Positions 9,871 through 19,824 of a stretch of 64,000 nt of DNA are shown one piece after another. This DNA is from a virus (lineage: Duplodnaviria > Caudoviricetes), in the IMG/VR virus record IMGVR_UViG_3300032038_000010, positions 1 through 64,000 of that record. One strand, written 5' to 3'. A program made the position numbers and the translations under genes. Under the pieces are notes generated by a model. That model ran no database searches. It had not been told where the DNA came from and saw only the letters and a list, made by a program, of their open reading frames with translations. The stretch's first letter is position 1, and every line of letters begins with the position of its first letter.

Positions 9871-10800
9871 TTGAAAAAGTTCATAGATATTGAAGTTGCT
9901 AGATTCGAGGATACTGAATTTAAGCAGAATAATGTTGCGGCGTTCGTACCTGGTGACATCATCCAGGTCAGCGAGAAGATTGATGGTAGTAATGCTAGTG
10001 TGGCATGGGACGAGGATAAGCAGGAACTTGCTTGCTTTTCTCGTAAGCAGGAGCTGAATTTTAATAACACACTCCGTGGTTTTTATAACTATGTTCAGAA
10101 CTTTACTGTAGACCAGCGCGATTGGTTTAGGTTTCATCCCCAGATCACACTTTTCGGAGAATGGGGTCTCAACGGTAACAAGATCAAGTCCTATGCAGCG
10201 GAGTGGGCTAAGGAATGGGTAGTCTATGATGCTTGGAATAGTGACCTCGGTCAATGGATGCCGCAGACATTTGTAAAGAAGGTGGCCGCAGAACTTGGGT
10301 TACATTATATCCATGTCCTTTATGAAGGGCCATTTATTAGTTGGGATCACATCAAAAGTTTTCTTCATGAAAACACCTACGGGGATAGCCAGGAAGGCGT
10401 TATTGCTAAAAACCAGACTCGTCTTGAAGATGTAGATAATCGTATGCCAGCCTATCTCAAGATTGTGAATGAGTCCTTCAAAGAAACAATGAAAACCAGG
10501 GTAAAGAAAGAAAAGTCTGCGGATGAAGTCGCAGAGGAAGCAAGAGTAAAAGCACTTGTAGACTCTGTAGTTACTCCTGCGCGAGTTGAGAAGTCTATCT
10601 ACAGACTTAGAGATGCGGGGGCCCTGCCTGACCGCCTCACTCCATCTGACCTCGGAACCGTCGCTAAGCTGGTTCCCGTAGACGTATACCAGGACCTGTT
10701 GAAAGAGGAGAAAGAAGTAGTCGTATCTGGTGGAGATAAGTTCGGTAAAGTATGCAGTGGCGCCGTGATGAAGATTGTGCGACAGCTGGTTTGCGGATAA
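9871..10800 (+). CDS. RNA ligase, Rnl2-like
   Basis: motif I EKIDGSN, FGEW, YD, EGVIAK, YLKIV. Confidence 0.8.
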   Translation: MKKFIDIEVARFEDTEFKQNNVAAFVPGDIIQVSEKIDGSNASVAWDEDKQELACFSRKQELNFNNTLRGFYNYVQNFTVDQRDWFRFHPQITLFGEWGLNGNKIKSYAAEWAKEWVVYDAWNSDLGQWMPQTFVKKVAAELGLHYIHVLYEGPFISWDHIKSFLHENTYGDSQEGVIAKNQTRLEDVDNRMPAYLKIVNESFKETMKTRVKKEKSADEVAEEARVKALVDSVVTPARVEKSIYRLRDAGALPDRLTPSDLGTVAKLVPVDVYQDLLKEEKEVVVSGGDKFGKVCSGAVMKIVRQLVCG

Positions 10801-10809
10801 GGAGAATAT

Positions 10810-11712
10810 ATGAAAGGTTACAAAGTTTTTAATCCCGATTGGACTTGCAGAGGATTCAAGTACGAAGTAGGCAAGAAATATCATTGCGATGGTGAGATTT
10901 CGTGCTGCAAAAACGGATTTCACTTTTGCACCAAACTTGTTGATTGCTTTAATTATTATGAGTTTAACAGCAACAACAAAGTTGCAGAAATTGAAGCGAG
11001 TGGAGATATTGATTCAAAAGAAGATGATATAAAACATTGTGCAAGTGATATTGAAATCATAAGGGAAATTACATGGCATGAAGTTCTCGATATGCTCAAT
11101 AAAGGGGAAGACAATACTGGTATGTGCAACACGGGTGACTGCAACACGGGTGACTGGAACACGGGTAACTACAACACGGGCGACTACAACACGGGTTACC
11201 GCAACACGGGAAACCTCAACACGGGTTACCGCAACATGGGTAACTGCAACACGGGCGACTACAACACGGGCGACTACAATACGGGTTACCGCAACACAGG
11301 AAACGGGAACACGGGTAACTGCAACACAGGCCACTGCAACACGGGCGACTGGAACAAAACAAACAACAATACAGGTTGCTTTATGACAGAAGAGCGTACC
11401 ATTGAAATGTTTAATAAACCGTCTGGCATGACATATGCAGACTGGAAAAGAAGTACGGCAAGAAACATTCTGTCTTATATGCCACAGAATATAGTGAATA
11501 TTGAGTGGACATGTGCAGAAAATATGTCTGATACAGAGAAAGAAGCGCATCCTGAATTTGAAACGATTGGCGGATATTTACACGAAGAAGAAATTAAAGC
11601 AGATGTACAAAGCTGGTGGGATGGACTTTCTCCATATAATAAGGAAACCGTGATGTCGATTCCTAACTTTGATGCAGATATTTTCTTTGAGTGCACAGGG
11701 ATAAGAGTGTAA
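10810..11712 (+). CDS. NTGxx pentapeptide-repeat protein
   Basis: about 17 tandem NTG(D/N/Y)(C/W/Y/R) repeats, ~11113-11378. Confidence 0.85.
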   Translation: MKGYKVFNPDWTCRGFKYEVGKKYHCDGEISCCKNGFHFCTKLVDCFNYYEFNSNNKVAEIEASGDIDSKEDDIKHCASDIEIIREITWHEVLDMLNKGEDNTGMCNTGDCNTGDWNTGNYNTGDYNTGYRNTGNLNTGYRNMGNCNTGDYNTGDYNTGYRNTGNGNTGNCNTGHCNTGDWNKTNNNTGCFMTEERTIEMFNKPSGMTYADWKRSTARNILSYMPQNIVNIEWTCAENMSDTEKEAHPEFETIGGYLHEEEIKADVQSWWDGLSPYNKETVMSIPNFDADIFFECTGIRV

Positions 11713-11844
11713 TGGAGGACGATCGTTTGAGGGAAGCAGAGAATGATTGAATACAAGTTCGGCGAATTTGATTCCGCTGAAGAGATCAACAAGACAGCCG
11801 AGGGCCTGAAGGCCGAGGGTGACGAAAGAGCGTAAGGAGAATAT

Positions 11845-12156
11845 ATGAATAAGAAAGATATTTTCATGCGGGTTGCAATGACCTACTTTAAGGCTATGCA
11901 TAGAGATGAAAGACTCTATAATGCTCTTCAGTCTGTAAATATCAGTTATAATGATGATGAGGACCGCGAAACTTGGATCTGGACAGATATTGAAGATCTT
12001 ATCTGTGAGCTTGTTGGAGACCCAACTGGGATTGCTCTCGAAGAAATTACAGATCGGGCCTGGGGATACGCAGATAAAAAGACGCTCCCGAAGGCTGAGA
12101 TTATGAAATGGCTTGAAGAAATGTGGAATGATTACACAGGGGGCAAAGAAACCTAA
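11845..12156 (+). CDS. hypothetical protein
   Basis: AAGGAG RBS. Confidence 0.6.
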   Translation: MNKKDIFMRVAMTYFKAMHRDERLYNALQSVNISYNDDEDRETWIWTDIEDLICELVGDPTGIALEEITDRAWGYADKKTLPKAEIMKWLEEMWNDYTGGKET

Positions 12157-12230
12157 TATACTTATAAGTTTTCTCATAAGACTATGAGTTATAACTCATA
12201 GTCTTATTTAATGTATTTGGAGGTTTTATT

Positions 12231-12464
12231 ATGAAACGGAAAATTATTAGTTTTAAGATGACAAATAAAAATATTAATCATTTAATTCATATTAGTGAAC
12301 AAGTATCTGGATCTGTGACGCTACTAAGGGGCGCCCGCGCAGTTGATGGATGTTCACCTATTGGTGTTATGACAATTGATGTTGAACAACCTTTTACTAT
12401 TGAGTATCCAGAAGATGGAAAATTTGAACAAGAACTTAAACAATTCGCAGTCTTTTATGATTAA
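12231..12464 (+). CDS. HPr-like small protein
   Basis: VDGCSPIGVMTI resembles the HPr DAKSIMGV motif; 77 aa. Confidence 0.45.
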   Translation: MKRKIISFKMTNKNINHLIHISEQVSGSVTLLRGARAVDGCSPIGVMTIDVEQPFTIEYPEDGKFEQELKQFAVFYD

Positions 12465-12525
12465 CTTTATTTTCTTAAAAAATTATCATATAATATATAT
12501 AGAAAATGAAAAATAAAGGAAAGAG

Positions 12526-12771
12526 GTGTTATTTATGATGCGAATTGACGGGCCTGAATTTCTTTTCATGAGCGAGGCCGAAGGATTTCCGGACTTAGTT
12601 AATACACACACTGCAAAGATTAACGCAGTAGCAAAAGAATTAAGAAATTATTACCTCAATGGAACTGATCCAAATGAAGTTAAAGATTGGGTTCTTAATA
12701 AATATGGATTAACTAATTATGACATCACTTCCAATGATGCACTTAGAATTAACGAGATAGTCTTTCGATAA
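12526..12771 (+). CDS. hypothetical protein
   Basis: promoter/RBS cassette nearly identical to the one upstream of 7270. Confidence 0.6.
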   Translation: MLFMMRIDGPEFLFMSEAEGFPDLVNTHTAKINAVAKELRNYYLNGTDPNEVKDWVLNKYGLTNYDITSNDALRINEIVFR

Positions 12772-12812
12772 CTTTATTTTCTAAAAAATTTATTATATAA
12801 TATATATAGAAA

Positions 12813-13187
12813 GTGAGGGAAATACATATGAGAGATTATAACGCACTGAATAGAGCAGTTAAACTTGCATCAGACTACTTTGAAGCTATTGGAGTTTCTA
12901 TTACTAACGAGTGCCTTATGGAACAGGCTGAAGATTGGTATGATGGAATTGAAACAGATAGCACTGCAGATGGTGATGAAGTAATCGCGGCGTGCATTAT
13001 TGCTTATGGCAATTATAAGCCTATTTACACATACAAAGACATTCGTGCGGCTCATGATGAATATTTCCCTGAAGATCCGCAGTATCAGATGCACGGATGC
13101 GGTGGCTATGATGATATTGCTATCTGGGATATTGAAGCAGCGATGCACGATATGGATTTTTTAAACGGAGCTTGTGAGGTGTATTAA
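12813..13187 (+). CDS. acidic hypothetical protein
   Basis: promoter upstream; probable start 12828. Confidence 0.6.
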   Translation: MREIHMRDYNALNRAVKLASDYFEAIGVSITNECLMEQAEDWYDGIETDSTADGDEVIAACIIAYGNYKPIYTYKDIRAAHDEYFPEDPQYQMHGCGGYDDIAIWDIEAAMHDMDFLNGACEVY

Positions 13188-13500
13188 TATGAGATATATT
13201 AGATTTACTTATAGTAACGGTTGTGGTGACGGTGAAGATTATGTCGCATTTAAGGACGATCTAACAGATGAATATTTAAATGAATATGCTCACGATTTAG
13301 CACTTGATTATGCTGAACAGTATGAAGGCGATCCTTCTTTTGGTTTCCCAGATCCAGAGAATTACGCAGATAGGGATGATGATGTAGATTTTATGGATGA
13401 CTATGATGAAGCTCTTGAAGCATATAAAGAAAATATCGAAGCTGGTTGGGAGACTGTAACAAGAGAAGATTGGGAGGAAAATAACGGATATGTGGGGTGA
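13174..13500 (+). CDS. highly acidic hypothetical protein
   Basis: D/E-rich ORF; GAGGTG RBS. Confidence 0.6.
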   Translation: MRCINMRYIRFTYSNGCGDGEDYVAFKDDLTDEYLNEYAHDLALDYAEQYEGDPSFGFPDPENYADRDDDVDFMDDYDEALEAYKENIEAGWETVTREDWEENNGYVG

Positions 13501-13717
13501 TTATACCAGGTGCGCGGCGCTCGCGCTATGTGACGCTATGGAGATACAAAGGTTACAGAGTTATAACAGCACTTACCTGTATAACAGGTATTGTTGCTTT
13601 CTTTATTTAATTCCCTCTCTTTCGATGGGTAAGCGTATGCTTACCCATTTTATTTTTTAAGAAATTTATTATATAATATATTTAGAAAGTGAGAGATAGA
13701 TAACACAAAAGAAAGAG

Positions 13718-14584
13718 GTGTTGTTCATGGATTGGTTTACTGCTCCTTCTTACGATAGCTGGACTCATGACGATGTATTTGAAGATAATGGCAAAATGAA
13801 GATGCACATTTACTGTGCTTGCGGTCGATGCGGCGGCACGGGCAGAGTTCCCTTCGCAGTTGACGAGGGTATATGCTACGAATGCCGCGGAGCTGGAAAA
13901 GTCTTTAAGACAGTGCGTGCATATACCGAGAAGGAGCGAGCTGCGCTTGATAAGGCAGCTGAACGCAAAGCAACAGCCAAAGCAGAGAAGGCAGCCGCAA
14001 TCGAGAAAGACCATATTGAAAATGAAGCCAAATACCGCAAGGAATGGTATGCGAACAATGGTTTCAATGGGGATGGAGTAACTTACATCCCCAAGGGCAA
14101 TACCTTCGAGATTAAGGACGAATTGAAGGCCGCTGGTTTCAAGTTTGATCCCGTCCTGAATTGGCACGCAGCGGAGCCCGCCGCATTTGATTGTGTTACT
14201 ATTGCTTTTGATGATGTATATACCTGGCAGGCGGCTGCCGCAAGAGCAGACTACAAGGAGGGCGCAAGCAATATTGTTAAACAGGCAAGATTTGCTAAGG
14301 AGATAAATACACAGAGTGAATTTGTCGGAGAGATTAAAGAGCGTCTTAGAAATCGGAAATGCACTTTAATTTCCATAGTAAATTTTGAAACAAAGTTTGG
14401 TGCGTCGCAGCTATTTAAATTTGAAGAAGACCAGTCCCAGAACATTTTTTGCTGGTTCACCGCTACAGAGCAGAAGGCGCGGCCAGGTGATCATGTACTT
14501 TTAACTGGAACTGTAAAAAATCATTCGGATTATGAGGGTGAGAAAGATACAATTCTCACTCGCTGCAAAGTTGAAGTTCAGTGA
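13718..14584 (+). CDS. Zn-finger plus probable OB-fold nucleic-acid-binding protein
   Basis: CGRCGGTG...CYECRGAG; GNTFEIKDELKAAGFKF; C-terminal GTVKNH...TILTRC. Confidence 0.6.
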   Translation: MLFMDWFTAPSYDSWTHDDVFEDNGKMKMHIYCACGRCGGTGRVPFAVDEGICYECRGAGKVFKTVRAYTEKERAALDKAAERKATAKAEKAAAIEKDHIENEAKYRKEWYANNGFNGDGVTYIPKGNTFEIKDELKAAGFKFDPVLNWHAAEPAAFDCVTIAFDDVYTWQAAAARADYKEGASNIVKQARFAKEINTQSEFVGEIKERLRNRKCTLISIVNFETKFGASQLFKFEEDQSQNIFCWFTATEQKARPGDHVLLTGTVKNHSDYEGEKDTILTRCKVEVQ

Positions 14585-14695
14585 CTTCTTATCAATAGGT
14601 GTGTGACGTTCATACACCTATTGATTTTTTTATTATTTTTTGATATAATATATATAGAAAATGAGTTAAGAAATAATAAAAAAGAGGTGTGAGTA

Positions 14696-15427
14696 ATGAC
14701 AGTTGATAAAGATTACATCTTTAACCTATTGTCTTTTATTGATTTCAAAGCAGTTACCACAGATGATACTTTTGCACAGGATAATTTTACAAACTATTTT
14801 ATAAAAGAAGTGCCCGAGGACTGTGAATATAATTATGGGGCAAGTAAGCTTGTAATTATTCCAGATAATACAGATTATGTAATTAAGATACCGTTTAATT
14901 GTGGCTACAATGAAGATTACATTGATCCAGACTATGCAGCTAGCCAGGGCATAGAGTATGATGAGGATGAACAAGAAGAATGGCTGTATTTCCAGAACGC
15001 TTACTATTGCCGCCAGGAAGAATATGGTTGGGATTATTGCGAAGCAGAAGTAGAATACTATGAAGAAGCAGCAGATTGGGGAATAGAGAAATACTTTGCT
15101 GAGACTCGTTATATTGGCGACTGCCATGGTTGGCCGATTTATGTTCAGCCTAAATGTGAAGCGATGGAGAACTCCCGCAATTCGCACTCTCATACTCTTG
15201 AAGAATATGATAGTATTCAAGAGAAAGCAGATTCAGTAGACCAGCATGGTATTCGAGATAAAGATTTTCTTTGTGATTTATTTAAGGATGCAGACGTTGA
15301 TACAGTAAGTTTATTATTTCAATTTATTGATGAAAAGTTAAGCGATCTTCATTCTGGTAATTATGGTTACTTTGAAGGCACGATAGACGCATGCCTTTTA
15401 GATTATGCAGGCTGGAACGAGGCGTGA
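14696..15427 (+). CDS. protein-kinase-like fold protein
   Basis: GASKLV, VIKIPF, DLHSGNYG catalytic loop, LDYAG. Confidence 0.7.
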   Translation: MTVDKDYIFNLLSFIDFKAVTTDDTFAQDNFTNYFIKEVPEDCEYNYGASKLVIIPDNTDYVIKIPFNCGYNEDYIDPDYAASQGIEYDEDEQEEWLYFQNAYYCRQEEYGWDYCEAEVEYYEEAADWGIEKYFAETRYIGDCHGWPIYVQPKCEAMENSRNSHSHTLEEYDSIQEKADSVDQHGIRDKDFLCDLFKDADVDTVSLLFQFIDEKLSDLHSGNYGYFEGTIDACLLDYAGWNEA

Positions 15428-15428
15428 T

Positions 15429-15671
15429 ATGGAAGTATTTGAGTATGTGGCTCATATTTGGAACGAAGTAGATAATGAAGAACAGAACGCCCATGGAGTT
15501 GTATTTGGTAATTCTTATGGAGATGCTATGGCTCGACTTGAAAAATATTATGGAACAGAACTTATTGATGTAAAAATTGGCGCAGTTGATGCAGAAGATG
15601 TATATGAGTTTGAGTACGCATCAGATGGACTCTTATTCAACATTAAGGTTAGTGAACGAGATCGCGATTGA
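15429..15671 (+). CDS. hypothetical protein
   Basis: ORF following the kinase-like gene. Confidence 0.5.
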   Translation: MEVFEYVAHIWNEVDNEEQNAHGVVFGNSYGDAMARLEKYYGTELIDVKIGAVDAEDVYEFEYASDGLLFNIKVSERDRD

Positions 15672-15754
15672 TTGGTTGAAGCTGACACCAGTTGATTTTA
15701 AGAAAAATTTTTAGTATAATATATATAGAAAGTAAGAAATAAATAATTCATTTT

Positions 15755-16180
15755 ATGAGAAAAAAGGAGATTATTACTATGGCTACAGAAGAGAAGAAAA
15801 TGACACAGAGAGATTATTTCGAGATGATTAAGGCTAAGCTGGCGGACGAGAAAGATATTGTTGCTTTTTGTGACGAGCGTATCGCAGCACTTGATCATCG
15901 TGCAGAGAAGGCGAAGGAATACAAGGCGAAGAAACAGGCAGAGTCTGATGTACTGAAGCAGGCTATTGCGGAAGCTCTCACCGAGGAGTTTCAGACCGCC
16001 GATGAGATCCTTGCTAAGGTTCAGAATGATGATGAGGAAGTAACAAAGGCTAAGATTATTGCTAGGGTTAGCGCTCTTGTTCGTGAGGAACAGGCTGTAA
16101 AGGCAAGGGTTAAGATTGACAAGAGAACACTTACCGCTTATGCCCTTCCTGGCGCAGAAGTCGAAGCTGACGCAGAGTAA
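15755..16180 (+). CDS. small charged protein (putative DNA-binding)
   Basis: KMTQRDYF...FCDERIAAL; biased codons suggest high expression. Confidence 0.65.
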   Translation: MRKKEIITMATEEKKMTQRDYFEMIKAKLADEKDIVAFCDERIAALDHRAEKAKEYKAKKQAESDVLKQAIAEALTEEFQTADEILAKVQNDDEEVTKAKIIARVSALVREEQAVKARVKIDKRTLTAYALPGAEVEADAE

Positions 16181-16259
16181 TCTTAAAAAACTGATTATAT
16201 TTAATTAAAGATAAGGGAAGTGCAAAACACTTCCCTTATTGTACTATAAGGAGATATAG

Positions 16260-17141
16260 ATGGACAATAAATTTGCTATTCCATTCAATAGACAATCTCC
16301 CTATCTTGATGAAGCAGCAGAATTAATTATTAAATATCATCCGTCAAAAAATTTGCCAGTATTTTTACAAGAGCATCAAGACCAGAGGGTTGTTTTGGAT
16401 ATTGCTAATACAGATGAATTTCTAAAAATGGCTGGAATTTCAGTATTAAAAGTATTACAGGGGCAAGAGATAAAGAATTGGGTATTGCGATTACCTACAA
16501 TTCCCACAGATGAAGAATTGCAAACATTGAGAGATGCGGCAGCCCCGTTCTTTGTATACACCATGCTGGATCGTTGGGAACAAGTAGATCAGTTTATGCA
16601 GCTTGGAGTAACTGATATTTATGCGACTAATGAACTGGCTTTCCAGCTTGATAAGTTGTTTGTTGTGTTGCACGATAATAATATCAAATTGCGTGTATGC
16701 CCTAACTTTGTGCAGTCCGCATGGGGGGGAACTCCAGATATTAAGAAGTTTTGGATTCGTCCTGAAGATATTATAGACTATGAACCTTATGTTGATGTAT
16801 TTGAAATCAATGTGGATACACCAAGTTCATATGATATAGTTGCATATAAGGCTTATGTAAAAGATCAGCGTTGGTATGGAGACCTCCGCGAGTTCATTCT
16901 TGGTATGAACGATATGATTGATAGCAAGTATCTTCATCCTAGATTTGCGGACCGCCGCACACACTGCGGAAAGAAATGTTTGAAGGGCGGAATGTGTTCA
17001 ATGTGTGATACAATGCTTGGATTAAGTCAGTCTTTAGCGCAAGCTGAGATTACTGTTGAACGGCCTGAAGAAAAGAAAGAATATACTGAAGAAGAGAAAG
17101 ACGAATTTTATAAAGAGCATATAGAGAAAGTTGATTTGTAA
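16260..17141 (+). CDS. hypothetical protein, possibly peptidase U32-like, with Cys cluster
   Basis: FWIRPED; C-terminal CGKKC...CSMC. Confidence 0.5.
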   Translation: MDNKFAIPFNRQSPYLDEAAELIIKYHPSKNLPVFLQEHQDQRVVLDIANTDEFLKMAGISVLKVLQGQEIKNWVLRLPTIPTDEELQTLRDAAAPFFVYTMLDRWEQVDQFMQLGVTDIYATNELAFQLDKLFVVLHDNNIKLRVCPNFVQSAWGGTPDIKKFWIRPEDIIDYEPYVDVFEINVDTPSSYDIVAYKAYVKDQRWYGDLREFILGMNDMIDSKYLHPRFADRRTHCGKKCLKGGMCSMCDTMLGLSQSLAQAEITVERPEEKKEYTEEEKDEFYKEHIEKVDL

Positions 17142-17191
17142 GAAAAAATTTGATATAATATATATAACAATAAAAAAGAAGGGATTTTATC

Positions 17192-17500
17192 ATGGCAAAA
17201 GGAACACAATCTAAAGATACAATTACAAAAAAACTTCTCGAAACATTTAAGGGATCTTTCCTAGATGGGAAGGTACTACGGGTCCCGATGATAGAAGATG
17301 GAGAGGAAGTCCAGATTAAAATTACATTAACCGCAGCCAAGGATCTTATTACTCCAGATGGAGACGCAGTTGAGAAGGTAAAACCAGAAATGCTCAATTT
17401 TGAAGATGGTGCGGTAGCCGCTCAGGAGACGTCAGAGGTTCAGGATATTACCCCCGAAGAGCAGGAGAATATTCGAAATCTCCTTGATGCGCTCTTTTGA
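17192..17500 (+). CDS. hypothetical protein
   Basis: promoter and RBS. Confidence 0.6.
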   Translation: MAKGTQSKDTITKKLLETFKGSFLDGKVLRVPMIEDGEEVQIKITLTAAKDLITPDGDAVEKVKPEMLNFEDGAVAAQETSEVQDITPEEQENIRNLLDALF

Positions 17501-17577
17501 TTGGACAAAATATGTTAAGTTTTATGTAATACTTTTGTAATAATATTGTAACAATTAAACCCTCATTATGAGGGCAT

Positions 17578-17652
17578 AGGGCATTAGCTCAGTCCGGTTA
17601 GAGCATCTGGCTTATATCCAGCTGGTCCTAGGTTCGAATCCTAAATGCCCTA
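17578..17652 (+). tRNA. tRNA-Ile(TAT)
   Basis: cloverleaf AGGGCAT/ATGCCCT, loop CTTATAT, GGTTCGAATCC. Confidence 0.85.
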
Positions 17653-17751
17653 CTCTCCATTTGGAGATTAAGTGCGGCCGCGCGATTGTAGTATACTATG
17701 GTTGTGCGGCTGTTTATATTGAAGTAACAAATAGATAGATGGAGGTGTGTA

Positions 17752-18051
17752 ATGTCAAGAAGTTATAAACATAGTCCTTATTGCACTGATTCTCATTTGC
17801 ATAATACTATGAAACGATATGCAAATAAGAAAGTCAGACACACCGAAGGAGACTTCAAGGGTGGAGCGTATAAAAAGTTATTTTGTAGTTACGATATTTC
17901 TGACTACGCTTTTCGTGAAACCTATCGAGAAGCGGTAGATAAATGGGAACTTGCTCAAGAAGGTTCCGAATACTATGCGTGGATATTAAAATATTATTCC
18001 ACATTCGAAGACTATATCAATAATTGGCGTAAATATTACTATAGTAAATAA
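17752..18051 (+). CDS. conserved phage hypothetical protein (MSRSYK)
   Basis: GGAGGTG RBS, basic N-terminus. Confidence 0.6.
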   Translation: MSRSYKHSPYCTDSHLHNTMKRYANKKVRHTEGDFKGGAYKKLFCSYDISDYAFRETYREAVDKWELAQEGSEYYAWILKYYSTFEDYINNWRKYYYSK

Positions 18052-18112
18052 CTATCGTTTCTTTTCTATCTCATATAGGTCTAATCAATATAAGACATTA
18101 AGGAGAGAAAAA

Positions 18113-18889
18113 ATGAAACTTAATAAGACTAGAATTATTAGAGCAACAATTATTTCAATTACTGGTTTTGCTTTGTGTATGGGAGCCATGCCGCAAAAAG
18201 TATCAGAGCCAGAACCAAAATCTATTCCAAGTATTTCAGTTAAAGCAAAAGAAATCCAAATAGAAGATAAAAATATTACTGCTACATCACAGGCGGTACA
18301 GACTGTAGCTACAGTAGAAATTGAACCTAAGACTTTATATACTTCTACAGTAGTTAATTTTAGAAAAGATGCAAATCTTCAGGCCAAAATTATTAAAGTT
18401 CTTAATGGCGGTTGTCAAGTTGTTGTAACAAAAGAAAAAGGAGATTTTAGTTATTGTACAGTAGGTAATGAAACAGGCTATATAGCAACTAAATATCTGC
18501 AAGAGCAAAGTTACACAGATAGTGATTTACGATTAATGTCTGCTATCATATGGGCGGAAGCTGGTAACCAGTGCACTGGTGGAATGCAAGCGGTCGGAAT
18601 CGTGGTTATGAATAGGGTTGAGTCTGATGTATTTCCAAATTCAGTTCACGATGTAATTTACCAAAAATCCCAATTTTCGCCCACTATGAATGGTATGTAT
18701 AATACTGCGTTGAGTAAATATGATGCAGGAGAGCTACCAGATGAAGTGATTGCGGCCGCCCGTTATGCTTTATTTGGTAATAAAGTAATTGCATATAATG
18801 GTATATCTTATGATATGAGTAGTTACTTATTTTTTAGTAGATATAGAGCTGATTGTAGATTACAGATACAAGATCATCAATTTGCATAA
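18113..18889 (+). CDS. SH3b plus SleB/Hydrolase_2 cell-wall hydrolase
   Basis: N-terminal hydrophobic segment, GYIATKYL, AEAGNQ...VVMNRV...FP...VIYQKSQFSP. Confidence 0.85.
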   Translation: MKLNKTRIIRATIISITGFALCMGAMPQKVSEPEPKSIPSISVKAKEIQIEDKNITATSQAVQTVATVEIEPKTLYTSTVVNFRKDANLQAKIIKVLNGGCQVVVTKEKGDFSYCTVGNETGYIATKYLQEQSYTDSDLRLMSAIIWAEAGNQCTGGMQAVGIVVMNRVESDVFPNSVHDVIYQKSQFSPTMNGMYNTALSKYDAGELPDEVIAAARYALFGNKVIAYNGISYDMSSYLFFSRYRADCRLQIQDHQFA

Positions 18890-18918
18890 TAGATTACTGA
18901 GGTATAACCTCAGTATAT

Positions 18919-18998
18919 GCGAACTAAGACTTAATCTTGGAGGGACCAAGGACGAACTCCAAATTCGTTGTCAATGCGTCCGACTCGTATAGTTCGTG
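18919..18998 (+). tRNA. atypical tRNA-Trp(CCA)
   Basis: acceptor GCGAACT/AGTTCGT, ACGAA-CTCCAAA-TTCGT arm, enlarged D region. Confidence 0.65.
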
Positions 18999-19077
18999 CT
19001 TATAATAGTTTAAATATGCTTTCCTTTATTTTTTAAAAAAAATATCATATAATATATATAGAAAGTGAGGGAAAGAT

Positions 19078-19389
19078 ATGTCACATATTCTTAAATTATC
19101 AACATGGGAATCTAGTTCAGGTAGATGGCACGCCGCAGACACTTCAGATTTAGCTAATATGTCTGCATTTTGGGCGCATCCCATGAGATTGCTTGGGCAG
19201 ACTCCACAGGAATACATAGAGATGCTTCGAGATAAATATCATGCTTCTGATTTTAAGTTTTATAAAACAGAAGAGACAGGTACTAAAGATCACTCACTTT
19301 TACTTTTCTCTTTTGAAAAATATGCAGATGCTCATAAATTTGTTTTAGATATTAATCGTATTGCACGAAACAAAAATTTTTGGGTGTGA
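19078..19389 (+). CDS. hypothetical protein
   Basis: promoter and RBS. Confidence 0.6.
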   Translation: MSHILKLSTWESSSGRWHAADTSDLANMSAFWAHPMRLLGQTPQEYIEMLRDKYHASDFKFYKTEETGTKDHSLLLFSFEKYADAHKFVLDINRIARNKNFWV

Positions 19390-19750
19390 TGGACAAAGGT
19401 TTTGAATTAGTAAAATATCACTTTCATAAATAGATACATAAAGAACTTATTGATTTTCTATAAAAATTATTATATAATATATATAGAAAGTTAAGAGGAG
19501 GAAAAATCTATGAAGAAAATGTACAAGGTTGTTTATTTTGATGACGCACGTAGACAGCACTGGAGATTTACTGATTCACTTACAGAAATTAAGTTCATCA
19601 GAGATAGATTTGGAATCGTTACAATCAAGGCTCTTGACAACTAAAAAAATTTATGATATAATATTTATATAAAGAATTGACCTCAAAACAGGATTTAGGG
19701 TTCTGAAGGCAGAGAGGTCGTTAAAATAAACAGGCTGAGAACCCCGTAAT

Positions 19751-19824
19751 GCCGCTATAGCATAACTGGATAATGCCTTTGATTTGTAATCAAAAGACTT
19801 AGGGTTCAAGTCCCTCTGGCGGCT
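19751..19824 (+). tRNA. tRNA-Thr(TGT)
   Basis: TTTGA-TTTGTAA-TCAAA arm, GCCGCTA/TGGCGGC. Confidence 0.88.

Noticed and set aside
11113-11378. CRISPR array or DGR template
   Set aside because: 15-bp in-frame coding repeats (NTGxx) without spacers or a matching VR
19679-19750. Pistol ribozyme
   Set aside because: It has a pseudoknot and a GTTAAAATA linker, but I could not find the remaining P2/P3 helices; kept only as a generic pseudoknot
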